Source: Hemiscyllium ocellatum
Lineage: Eukaryota
DNA length: 64,000 nt
Assembly: GCF_020745735.1 (NCBI RefSeq)
Contig: NC_083448.1
Coordinates: 2,790,001 to 2,854,000, forward strand
Reading direction: 5' to 3'
Shown: positions 14,031 through 26,365 of the stretch, piece after piece
Position numbering within the stretch: the first letter of the stretch is position 1
How the letters are laid out: every line of letters begins with the position of its first letter
Notes under the pieces: model-generated
The model's input: only the letters and a program-made list of their open reading frames with translations
What the model was told of the DNA's origin: nothing
Database searches by the model: none
Made by a program: the position numbers and the translations under genes

Positions 14031-15896
14031 TGTCTCAGCCTGCTCCTGCCCCACCGAACTCATCTCCCAATACCTCGACACGGTCCTGTCCCCTTTAGTC
14101 CAAGATCTCCCCACCTACGTTCGGGACACCACCCACGCCCTCCACCTCCTCCAGGATTTTCGCTTCCCCGGTCCCCAACGCCTTATTTTCACTATGGACA
14201 TCCAGTCCCTGCACACTTCCATCCCCCATCACGAAGGACTCAAAGCCCTCCGCTTCTTCCTTTCCCGCCGCACCAACCAGTACCCTTCCACTGACACCCT
14301 CCTTCGACTGACTGAACTGGTCCTCACCCTTAATAACTTCTCTTTTCAATCCTCCCACTTCCTCCAAACTAAAGGAGTTGCCATGGGCACCCGCATGGGC
14401 CCCAGCTATGCCTGCCTCTTCGTAGGATATGTGGAACAGTCCATCTTCCGCAACTACACTGGCACCACCCCCCCCCACCTTTTCCTCCGCTACATCGATG
14501 ACTGTATCGGCGCTGCCTCGTGCTCCCACGAGGAGGTTGAACAGTTCATCAACTTTACTAACACCTTCCATCCCGACCTGAAATTCACCTGGACTGTCTC
14601 AGACTCCTCCCTCCCCTTCCTAGACCTTTCCATTTCTATCTCGGGCGACTGACTCAACGCAGACATCTATTATAAACCGACTGACTCCCACAGCTACCTG
14701 GACTACACCTCCTCCCACCCTGCCCCCTGTAAAAACTCCATCCCATATTCCCAATTCCTTCGTCTCCGCCGCATCTGCTCCCAGGAGGACCAATTCCAAC
14801 ACCGCACAGCCCAGATGGCCTCCTTCTTCAAGGACCGCAGATTCCCCCCAGACGTGATCGACGATGCCCTCCACCGCATCTCCTCCACTTCCCGCTCCTC
14901 CGCCCTTGAGCCCCGCTCCTCCAACCGCCACCAAGACAGAACCCCACTGGTTCTCACCTACCACCCCACCAACCTCTGCATACAACGTATCATCAGCCGC
15001 CATTTCCGCCACCTCCAAACGGACCCCACCACCAAGGATATATTTCCCTCCCCTCCCCTATCACCGTTCTGCAAGGACCACTCCCTTCGTGACTCCCTCG
15101 TCAGATCCACACCCCCCCACCAACCCAACCTCCACCCCCGGCACCTTCCCCTGCAACCGCAGGAAATGTAAAACTTGCGCCCACACCTCCACACTCACTT
15201 CCCTCCAAGGCCCCAAGGGATCCTTCCATATCCGCCACAAGTTCACCTGTACCTCCACACACATCATCTATTGCATCCGCTGCACCCGATGTGGCCTCCT
15301 CTATATTGGTGAAACAGGCCGCTTACTTGCGGAACGCTTCAGAGAACACCTCCGGGCCGCCCGAACCAACCAACCCAATCACCCCGTGGCTCAACACTTT
15401 AACTCTCCCTCCCACTCCACCGAGGACATGCAGGTCCTTGAACTCCTCCACCGGCAGAGCACAACAACACGACGGTTGGAGGAGGAGCGCCTCATCTTCC
15501 GCCTGGGAACCGTCCAACCACAAGGTATGAATTCAGATTTCTCCAGTTTCCTCATTTCCCCTCCCCCCACCTTGTCTCAGTCGGTTCCCTCAACTCAGCA
15601 CCGCCCTCCTAACCTGCAATCTTCTTCCTGACCTCTCCGCCCCCACCCCACTCCGGCCTATCACCCTCACCTTGACCTCCTTCCACCTATCCCACCTCCA
15701 TCGCCCCTCCCCCTAGTCCCTCCTCCCTACCCTTTATCTTAGCCTGCTTGGCTCTCTCTCTCTCTCTTATTCCTGATGAAGGGCTTATGCTCGAAACGTC
15801 GAATTCTCTATTCCTGAGATGCTGCCTGGCCTGCTGTGCTTTGACCAGCAACACATTTGCAGCTGTGATCTCCAGCATCTGCAGACCTCATTTTTT
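14031..15896 (+). mobile_element. Penelope-like retroelement (RT + GIY-YIG endonuclease), 5'-truncated, one nonsense codon and one frameshift
   Basis: MDIQSLHTSIPH, QTKGVAMGTRMGPSYA, FLRYIDD, YYKPTD. TGA at 14650-14652. Frameshift in the poly-C near 15115. CNRRKCKTC and IIYCIRCTRCGLLYIGETGR (GIY-YIG). Flanked by a 16-bp direct repeat ACTCAAGTTCGACCAT (14015-14030, 15897-15912). Confidence 0.93.
15769..15804 (+). ncRNA. Minimal type I hammerhead ribozyme motif in the PLE 3' region
   Basis: ATTC-CTGATGA-A-GGGC TTAT GCTC-GAAA-CG-TC-GAAT: both core boxes, stem I ATTC/GAAT, stem II, palindromic ACGT stem III. Predicted cleavage after 15800. Confidence 0.8.
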
Positions 15897-16837
15897 ACTC
15901 AAGTTCGACCATCTCCACTTTAACCAGAAATGGAGATTTGAACGATAAATGCGTGTGGACATAAAGACTAAAGGGACAGCTATGGTGTAATATAGCAGAA
16001 ATATAGCTCAGTGTGATGGGAACTACCTTTTTGGAGAATAGACGAATCATGGCTAACCAGAGAAAAAAAGGCAAATATAAATTTGAAACTGAAAATCATA
16101 GGAAGGCAAACAGTGACAACGAACAGACTGGGACAAATTCATATTGTTCCAACGGAAGACTGAATAGATAATAAAGAGAAAGCAAACTAGACGACAAACT
16201 AATGAGGAATTTAAAAACCGACAATAAAAAAAAACTCTTCTTCAAATATATACGATAGGAATAAAAAGGCCAAATTGAATAGAGGAAACAAAATTTGGCG
16301 AAGAATCTATGGCGAAGAAGGAAATGGCAGATGAGGAAAACAAATTGTTTGCACGACTCTTTACTATATTCCTGAATCCCCTAAACAGTGAAAGAATGTT
16401 GCACAATGTACAATGGTGTCGGTGGAATTCACCTCCCCAGTCTGTGACTCTGAAATAAAACAGCAGTCAATTACGATACTATGGCATTCCAGGAGTATAG
16501 AAAATAGGAAAATGACTAGCTGATTCAATTCCTAACTTCAACGGCGCCAAACAGTCAGATCGCAACTGATCAGAGATTCGTTGCATCTAATTTCCTGCCC
16601 TTTCCCTGCAATCCTTGATTCGCAATTGGTCAAGAATTCAATTCAAATTGAATGTCTTTTGGCATTCAACGGAAAGTGGAGCATCAACCAGAAACCCACG
16701 CAGACAGAGTAGAACGTGCAATATCCATACCGACTGACAGCCAAATCTGCAATCGAACTGAGCTCCTGACGCTGTGAAGCAGCAGTGCTAACGAACGTGC
16801 AGCCCTGCCACCCAATCTCCTATCTGGTTGATAAGGT

Positions 16838-17155
16838 TAGATTATCTTCAGTATGGTAACAAGCGCTTCAGCCTAACCAGTCCACACCACCTCTCCGAAG
16901 GGTAACCCAACCAGACCCATTGCCCTACCCTATATTTGTTGTGACTAATGCACTTAAGCTTATGGAAAATTGTGCATAACCAATTCACCTTTGAATTGTG
17001 AGAGGAAACCAGAGCAGCCGTAGGAAACTCACGCAGACACAGGGAGAATGTGCAAACTCCACACAGACATTTGCCTGAGGTGGGATTCGAAGCCAGTACC
17101 CTGTTGCTGTGATGCTACAGTGCTTACCAGTGACCCACCGTTCCACCTTACCACC
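16838..17155 (-). mobile_element. Degenerate HE1-type SINE (second partial copy at about 16650-16810)
   Basis: GGAAACTCACGCAGACACAGGGAGAATGTGCAAACTCCACACAG matches the SINE core in reverse orientation. Confidence 0.8.
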
Positions 17156-17399
17156 ACCTTCCCCCGATTTCCCTTGTATCACTCATATTTCGACATAATC
17201 ACAGCATTCTCATAAGCAGCACAGAGATGTGCATGGGGAAGAAGGCGTTTCGGACTCTTGCCTTCGTTAGTCAAAACATTGAGTATCGGAGTTGAGATAT
17301 CACACTGCGGCTGCACAGGACATTGCTGAGTCCATTTTTAGAATGCTGCGTACAATTCAGCTTGCCCTTCCACAGGAAGAATGTTGTTAAACTTGAGTG

Positions 17400-18260
17400 T
17401 TAAACTCTTCGTGCCATCTGCAAATTCGGTAATGAGACCATCTATACCTTCCTCCAGATAAATTATATATATTACAAACAGTAGTGCTCCCAGCACAGAT
17501 CCCTGTGAAACACCACTGGTCACATTTTTTGCAGTTTGAGAAACTCCCTTCCACTACTACTCACTGTCTCCTGTTGCACAGCGAGATTTTTTTATCCATC
17601 TCGCCAGTACAGAATGAATCGCTTGCAAACTTACTTTTTCCGTCAGCTTACCGTGGGGAAACTGATCAAATGCCGTACTGAAGTTCATGTAAATAATATC
17701 TAAAGCCGTTCCTTCATCAATCAACTTTGTGACTCCCACAAATTAGGTTATTAAGTTGGTCAGACATGATCTTGCCTGCTCAAATGCATGTTGCTTATCA
17801 TTGTTAAGCCAATTTTCTTCCAATTGGGAATAGATCCTTTCCCTCAGTATCTTCTCCAGTAGCTTCCCTCACACTGACGTCAGGCTCCCCGTTTTATAAT
17901 AACCTGGATCATCCTTGATAACCTTCTTTAACAAGCGGACAACATTAGCAATTCTCCTGTCCTCTGGGAAAATCATTTGTGTTCAATGGTATGTCTGTTA
18001 AGGACCCAGCTACTTCTGGTCTCGCTTCCCTCTGTATCCTGGGTTAGATGCATCCAGACTTTGTCGAGTTTACTAACTTATTGCCTGTTGGAATATTCGA
18101 CACGTCCTCCCTCTTCATATCGACTTGACGTGGAGTGATCAAAAGATCTATCCCTACCCTCTACGTCTGTCATGTCCCTCTCCTCGATGAATACCATGCA
18201 ACGGTCTCGCTAAGAAATTCAACCTTTTTCTCTGACTCCACGCGTAACTTATTCCTTTTC
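17400..18260 (-). mobile_element. Decayed CR1 RT fragment
   Basis: ORF pieces SGVSQGSVLGALLFVIYI..EFADGTK and DEGTALDIIYMNFSTAFDQFPHGKL. Confidence 0.8.
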
Positions 18261-18929
18261 CTATCCCAACAGGCTGCATTAATCTCTTACATACTTAGAT
18301 CAGCTCAGATTTTCTAAGTTCCCCGGGACACAGCCTATGACATTCCACAACCCTGCCATCACCACTTGCTGTCCAGCGATCATTCGGGTGAATCTACGCT
18401 GCACTCAAAAACAAATAGAATTCCAAGTTTAACGTCTTTCTTGGCTTTCTAAATATGAGAAATTATTGTAACTGCTGTGCTAAACGAAATGGTTGCCGTG
18501 AACAACCCCAAAATTGCTGATTGACTGACACCATCGAAATCATTGGACTGGGATTTGAAGATTAAGATTAAAACACACAACAGACTTTGTACATGGTCAT
18601 CTTTCAGCATGGTGCTGATGAAATGCGGCGAGTTTTGAACTGCTGTTTTTTGGATGTTCGACTGAACAGGGACAACAAAAACTAAAAAGTACAATATTAA
18701 CCTGGATGCAGGAACAGAGAAGTCTTCAGTTTGGGTGTGGGATTCTGTCAGCAGAGAAGAGGCAGAAATTTGTGAAATGCTGTTTTCTTTCCTACATTCC
18801 AAATTGTTAATTTGTCTTGCAGAAGCAAGATATAGAGAACTCCCTCTCTCTTACTTCAAATATCACTCTCCCAAAAATGATTGGAAGTTCCCTCACGATC
18901 TGAATACTTGTTAAGCTCCAAGTAAGCGG

Positions 18930-20410
18930 ACTGAATGATACATACACTTACCAACTACCGTCACTTCCCCTGGCATGTCTACACCTCAAATCGACTGCCC
19001 CTTACATGACTACCCTCTGACACTGCTACCTGCCCTCATGTCTCCCGCCTGAACTCGTCAACCCCAAAACACTGTTGAACCATCACAGTTATCCCCAGGT
19101 GTGAAAATTTTGCAATATAATTATTGTACATTTGATGGATCCCTGACAAGGATACTTCTTAACACAACGAACCTGAGATAACTATCCAACCAAGAAGAAT
19201 AGCCTGACACGACTACTGCCTGACATAGGCAAAAGTGAGGACTGCAGATGCTGGAAAACCAAGTTTAGATCAGAGTGGTGCTGGAAGAGCACAGCAAGTC
19301 AGGCAACATCCCAGGAGCAGGAAAACCGACGTTTTGGGCAAAAGCCCTTCATCACGAATAGAGGCAGGAAGCCTCCAGGATAAAGAGATAAATGGTGGGG
19401 GCGGTGGGGGTGGGGTGCCTGACATGACTATTCTTTAACATATTCATTCAGTGACATGACTAACCACACAACTTAATTACCCAATGATATGACTGCAATC
19501 ATCCGCAACTTTTCCTGGCATGAATAAAACCTAGCATGATTACACTCTGACATGTTTGCACCTGACACAGCTACACACCCGACTCGACTGACATGTCTGT
19601 ACCTCAACACAAAATTATCCTTAAACAGCAACTCTGACATGCTTGCCCACGACCCTACTGGCCCTGATATCGCAACCTCCCGACATGATTGTCCTGCAAC
19701 GTGACAGCTCCCTGATCTGATTATCTCCCGACTGGACGACTCCCGTGAGAACTAGCCCGATGGAGCTATCACCTAACCCCACTACACGACTGTCCCATAT
19801 TATCGCCACCCACTATAAGAGTACTCCTCTCTAGACTGCCGTTGACATGACTGCAGCTGACACGTCTGCCCACAGACAGAACTGCCCAAAACATCTAACA
19901 CACCATAAATAGCCAAGATATGACTGAGGTCTGAGGCACCGAACACAGCTCCTGCTTAGTTAATGAACATGTCTGCTTCCAATGCAATTTTTGCTACATG
20001 ACTATATCCTGACCGAACTACCCCCAACATGCCTATCCTTTGAAATGATTGTCCTCCAGATCTGATTACCTACTGAGACGACTACCTTCTACCAAGGATT
20101 ATTAATTACCCCTGACAGCACTGACCACTGGCACGTCTACTCCAAACAAACATGCCCATGACATGAACAACCTGCCAAAGTGAATATCACAGACACAACC
20201 ACACCCTGACATGGCGACCCCCTAACATGACGATCCATGACATGGCAAACACTCTGATATGTCTAACCCTCTGATACAGTTAACATGAACATGATGACGT
20301 CCATGATTCAAAGAATCCCTAACACATCAACAAGCCTAGCCTACCGATACTCCTGAAACAAATTAATCCTGCAATAACTACTCCACTAATGACTCCACCC
20401 AGACATAACT
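18930..20410. repeat. Degenerate C/A-rich minisatellite-like tract (unit about CCTGACATGACTACC)
   Basis: Many recurrences of GACATGACT / GACACGACT / ACATGTCT variants over about 1.5 kb. Confidence 0.6.
19227..19415 (-). mobile_element. PLE 3'-end fragment with degenerate hammerhead motif
   Basis: Reverse complement resembles the 15700-15896 end (CTGCAGATGCTGG; GACGTTTTGGGCAAAAGCCCTTCATCAC). Flanked by TGCCTGACAT at 19217-19226 and 19416-19425. Confidence 0.8.
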
Positions 20411-21499
20411 GCTTTCTTGAGGTGAAACGTTTCTTTACGTTCGGAGTGTAATGTCAATGTACACAAACACAAGGAGATATAAAGGCATGGCTTCTTGTCA
20501 TTACCTCATCAGGACTGAAATACAAGAAGTCCAGCAATCCAGTGAGGTGGCGACAGAATTCATCCAGTTTTAGCCGAGAATATTTCTAGGCCATACACAA
20601 CGGGAGTGCAGATTTTACATTTAGCTGTCAATCTTCATTCACCGATGAACTGGCAGTGGCACTGGTTCTGGCAACAGAGAAGATGCTCGTAGAAGGCAAC
20701 GAGCTTATTGTCATAAAATGTTACAAAATGCTTGAAATAGCCCTCATCTTTCCTGACTTACCATTTTATACGTAGGGTTCTAAATCAGTAATGGGAATAT
20801 CTGCAGGGCTCTGGAAAGCTGCTCTTAATTTGTATCAAATCGCTGGAGAATTCCTTTGTAACTCACTTATTGCACTAGTTGTTCGGCTTTTGCTGACTGA
20901 TTTGCAACATCTGAGGAGGTCCTTGTGAGCTCACGAACTTTGCCCGTACTCTGGTGGCAAAGAATCGCAACCCACTGCGAGAATGAGAGAGGGAAATTGA
21001 TACGATTACAAGAGTGATATTAATGAGTGAAGTCGAAAAGCAAGAAGAGGAAATAATTAATTGAAAGGTGACTACAAAGAAGGAGATACGGGGGACTATG
21101 AGGTGGGAACTTTAGCATACAATGGACAACAGAAAAACACATGGAATTGGAGCATATTAGGCGATTCTTTCTCTTGAGCCTCTGATATTTGATGTGATTG
21201 TGCTCACTCTGTTTGTAGCCTCAACACACGTTCCTAACTGATCATTCATAAGCTTCAGTTCCTTGTCATTTATAGCTTTGTCTGAACATCCAGTATATCT
21301 AATAGCCGAGTGTCCTCTGCCCTCTGGAGAAACAATTTCAGAGTCTGACGACCACCTCAAAGAAGGAGACTTTTTTCCGTTTGTCTGTTGAATGGATGAA
21401 CACTTAGTTTAAAGTTTAACTCTGATTGGCAACTTCTCCTGCAAGAAAAAAACACAGCGTCGACACTTCAACTCCTTTATTGATTTTTAAATATATTTC

Positions 21500-24400
21500 T
21501 TTAAAATCACCTCTCATTTTTTCCCATTCTCTTATTAAATTCCTTTTGTCTCAGCAATGACCCTCATGAACCTTTCCTGAATAACATCAAATGCAAGTAA
21601 CCTTGCACTCTTGTTCCACATAGGAACATACCATTTTTGTTGTTCACCTATTCAGTCTTTGAATTGTTGTCACTGCCGATCCACGGTCATCACTTTCATT
21701 TCCAAACGTATCACAGGCAATTAAACCACAAATCAACGCATTCTTCTTAACATTCAGAATCCTAGTCTCAGAATCAACTATTCGTTCTCGGGTTTAATGA
21801 AGATTTTTTGTGATTAAAACACCCAAAATTGTGCTCAGCTCTCTCTCTGTGTTATCCCTACATCTCAGCATTATGCGAGTTATCTTTCGATCTAAAGGTA
21901 CTTTCCACATGTGCTCCCCTCCGTCCACTTTCTCAACATTTACGGTAGATGTCCACATGACACTCTGCTGGTTAGAGTATGGTAATCTCAAGTCCACCTA
22001 TTTGCTCCAAGAGTTTCCTGTTATTTGGTCAAATCTCTGTGAATCATCATTCTGTACACCCAGAACAACGAATTCTTAATTTAAGCAGAGCGATTTTCTT
22101 TGGCAATTATTTGAAATTATTTAGTTATTAATCTCATTTTCTGTCCACCCCGCCCCCTTTAATGAAACAGTGGTGCGATTATCCCAATGAAGATATGGAG
22201 CACGATGTCTCTTTCAACAATCTTGTACACTATCCTTGATTTTACAATTATTTCGCTCTTGTCCTACCGCTAACTCATTCATGGTTAGCTTATCTATCTT
22301 CAATAGATATAACATTTTGTTCTCAACCGTTATCTATCTTAAGTAATCCCCCAAGCCCACCAGTATCTGGGTGAAGGAATTTCTTCTCGTCTCATCCTTA
22401 AAATATGTACCTGTTATCCTTCAATTATTACCGCAAAGATCATAAGTGATGTCCATTAATATTGTTTTACTAAACATTTTCTAAACATTTACTAAACATG
22501 TTTTTAGGTTCCCTGCAATCTCAATCTCATACTATGTCTCCCCTTTATTGATTATTCCCTTGTTCCACCTTTGCTGACTTCTAAACAGTTCCCAAACCTC
22601 AGGTGTGCAACCTTTATTACAAATTTGAATATCCACTTCTGTCATAGAATGCTATCTAGAAATTCCCTGATAAGACAGGGTTTAGTCTCAACTTTCCTTG
22701 CATTCTTGTTCCACATAGGAACACAACATTTCTATTGTTCATCTGTTCAGTCGTAAATGTTTGTCTTTGATTATCCATGGTCATCACATTCGTCTCCTAA
22801 TGGATCATAGCTAATTAAAACCGCAAACCATCGTTGTTTCCCTTCTTGAGATTCAGGATCCTAGCCTCAGAATGAACTACTCACTCTCATGCTTACAGAA
22901 GAGTTCCATCATATTATGTGCACTCATCCCTCAGGGACCTCTCAAAATGAAATTCATTTCTGAGTCAGCAATACCCAGGTTATCGTACCCTGTCCTTCGG
23001 TTGTTCCATCAATATATTGAGGCACAAAATCAGATGAAATACAAAAATGTGCAAAATTTTACTTGCCCAATCCTTGTGCAGATCGATGTCACCCATAATT
23101 GTCACTGTTCCTTTAGCACAAGAAGTGTCAATTTCCCATTTAATCTCATTCCCAAATACCATCACTAAACTTTGGTGGTCTGTATAACAATGCAGAAAGG
23201 TTTCTGGCCTCTTGGCATTTTTCTATTCTGCACACGTACACTCTACATTTCTTGAGCTAATGTCGTTCCTCAATATTATGCTTATATCCTCTTTAACCAA
23301 TGCAACTAAACCACTTATAACCTTTAGAATTTCCTTCTGATATACTGAACAGCCTTGTATGGTCGGTTCCCATACTCGGAAACCTGCAGTCGTGTCTCTA
23401 ATCCCAGTTATCTCATCTACGTTTACAATTATTTGCGTGACTAATTTATTCACTTTGTTTTAAATGTACCATGTGTTCATGTGCATAGTCGTCAGGTTTG
23501 CCTTTCACGTGTCCCCTTTCCCATTAATTTTGGCATTGTCGTTGTTAGAGTAGAGAACATAGAACAAGACAGTGCAGAACAGACCCTTCGACCCTCGATG
23601 TTATGCTGACCTGTGAACTATTCGCACCTCGTCCCCCTACACTATGAAACTATCATCCATGCTCTTATCCAAGGATTGTTTAACTTTTTTCTAATGTGGC
23701 TCGGTTGTCTGCATTGGCAGGTGGGGTACTTCACGCCGTTACCACTCTCTACGGAAAGAACATGCCTCTGGTTTCTGTCTTAAATCTATCAACACTCAAT
23801 TTGTAATTATGTCCCATTGTACAAGCTGACATCATCATACTTGGAAAAAGGACATTCACAATCTGCCCTCTCTAATCATCTTTCTGAGCCATGGTTGCTC
23901 TGTGCATTGCTTTACTGTTAACCCCCTTTTCTGTCTTTTGCTGTTTTCCACATGATTTCCCCTTCCCTTAACTCCATAGTTGCCTAATCTCTGACAAATT
24001 ATTTTAAATATTCCAAAGCCCCTCTCACTAATACTCCCCCACGAGTTTTAGTCCTGGCAGACCAGGTTGAACCAATCTTGCTTTTCCGTTCTATACCAGA
24101 ACTCCCAATACTGGAGGAATCTTAAACCCTCCCTTCACACCATCTCTCCAGACACGTTTTCTGTTGATATATCCTCGCTGTTATCTCCTTGTTGAATAGA
24201 ACATTGCACTCGTAGCAACCCTGAAATCTCTGCTATTGAAGCACTATATTTTAGCTTGCTTCCGAGCAGTCAATTGTTTATATTTAAGGCGTCATCTCAT
24301 TTTTTTAATACTGATGTTTTTATAGCAACATGTCCCATGATCACTGGCTGTTCCTGTTCCCCTTCCAGTATGTCCTTTAGCCATTCTGAGAATTCGCTGA

Positions 24401-24800
24401 TTCTTACAACACAGAGGCATCAGACCATCTTGGAGTAGTCTTTGTGTCAGGGAAATGCCTATGTTTTCTTCTTACAACTGAATAATGATTGTATTTCCAC
24501 AGGCTTTGCTGTTCCCCTGTGCAGCAGAGTCAACGCAGAAGACTCAAAATTGTCTATTGCTGTTTTACCCTCAGACACCATAGACCTTACCAGTATCCAA
24601 CTGTTATGGCGATTTTATGGGGATGGCGACAGGGGATTCCTGAATTGCCTTCCGAGTCCACTTAATCTGGGTGGATGCCATCCATTCACTTCCTGCCTGC
24701 ATTGTCTTATAGTATAATGTACCGATCTTCCACTTTGTACTATCCACAATTTCCTCAGCTTCACGGATAATCCACAATGTTCCCAGGCACCAGTCCTGGT
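21500..24800 (-). mobile_element. Decayed CR1 5' portion (endonuclease and ORF1 region) with an inserted CR1 3' fragment at about 23550-23880
   Basis: Remnants KGTVTIMGDIDLH and GLVALVKEDI; ORF1-end-like GGVLVRGALEYLK* at about 24040-23999; AGAACATAGAAC tail at 23554. Confidence 0.55.
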
Positions 24801-25089
24801 CCCAACGCTAGGCTTCCAGGATATGGAACTAGAGACATTTCCTGCTCACTTCCAGAACTTGGAAATGTGCACAGCTTCCCAAACTGATAACAAATAACAT
24901 ACGACGGCTTTGATCTCATCAGAACTGACATATCCCTTAAAATTAAATATTTTGGAAGATAAATGTTGTCTAATGCTCTGATTTTGTGATCCCCTGGACG
25001 TTCCAAGCATAAAGCAATTTAGGAAAATGGTAAACAATATTTAAAGACTTTAGCTGTCACTTCTTTAAGAATTCGGCAATGCCAATGTT

Positions 25090-25375
25090 CATGGAGACAC
25101 AGTGGTTAGCACTGCTGCCTCACAGTGCCAGAGATCTGGGTTCAACTCAGGTGACTCTTATGTGGAGTTTGCACATGCTCCCCGTGTCTGCGTAGGTTTC
25201 CTGTGGGTGCTCCCGTTTCCTCCCACAATCTAAAAAATGTGCAGGTTAGGTGAATTGGCCATGCTAAATTGCCCGTAGTGTTAGGTGAATTGGTAAATGT
25301 AGGGGAATGCGTCTGGGTGGGTTGGTGTGGAGTGTTGGGCCAAATGGCCTGTTTCCACACTGTAAGTAATCTAAA
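25090..25375 (+). mobile_element. HE1-type V-SINE
   Basis: CAGTGGTTAGCACTGCTGCCTCACAG head, conserved core, GGCCTGTTTCCACACTGTAAGTAATCTAA end. Confidence 0.88.
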
Positions 25376-26251
25376 GTCGAGGGAACTAATATACGTATTA
25401 GATGGCTTTGTTTTCCTTATCGAATTACAAAATTGATACCGTGCAGACGGAGGCTAATTATACCATTGGAACTTTATTTATTGTTCAGGAGAGTATCATT
25501 GCCCTTCTGCTTTCTCCAAAATGTTGCATTACGTGCTCCTCATTACAATCCAGAATAACATATGTTCTTCCCAGATGATACAAAGATAGTTTTCAAAATT
25601 TTTCTCTACCCTTATGACTTAGCGCCTGATTTTCTATCGTTTTGATCATTTTTAATGCATTCATGTATAAAATGATACGCAAATTGTTTGTTCAATCCAT
25701 ATTACTTGTTACTTTGTCATTGTTAATTCCAGAGATCCATCCACGCAGGGATGAATACTTCGTTTTGCTGCTACCATCTCTTTATGTTCCTTATAGGTGT
25801 TGTTACTATTAGCTATTCGAAGCACTTCTCGCTAATTTATTTTTTCTTTCTACCTTGTTCCCATTTTCAAAATGATCCGTTGCTGGTTTAAACAAAGCGG
25901 CATTTGCAAGTCAACTTCACAGCAATAATCGGTTTCATTCATTGAAATCGAGGTTATGCACGAATACTACACCCTTCTCACTAAAGTGTGTTTGAGTGAA
26001 AAATGCCGTGTCTGAGATTTATTAAATGTCTCCTTAAAAATCTAGCACTGCCTACTTACCGTGCTAGCATTTCAAATTTGAAGTTTTTTGTTTGCAGGGT
26101 GCTATAACTTTTCAGGCGTTTGGATTTATTTTAATTAGGTTCAATGGCCGTCTTTATCAACTTCAAACTGGATGACATTTAATAATGTCATCATTTCTGA
26201 GTAGCCAATCGGTGACTAAACATATTCCTCTCGATATCTCTCTATCTTGTG

Positions 26252-26271
26252 CACACACACACACACACACA
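26252..26271. repeat. (CA)n microsatellite downstream of GPCR-1
   Basis: About 10 CA units read directly. Confidence 0.9.
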
Positions 26272-26365
26272 TAAATAGAAACACACAAAAACAGTGTTCC
26301 GATACAGGCTATCGGATTAGAGAGTGAAAATCACTGATTAAAAGTCCTGGACAAATAAGCTTGTT

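Noticed and set aside
19325-19360. Third functional hammerhead
   Set aside because: Core substitutions (GTGATGA for CTGATGA, AAAA for GAAA) predict inactivity.
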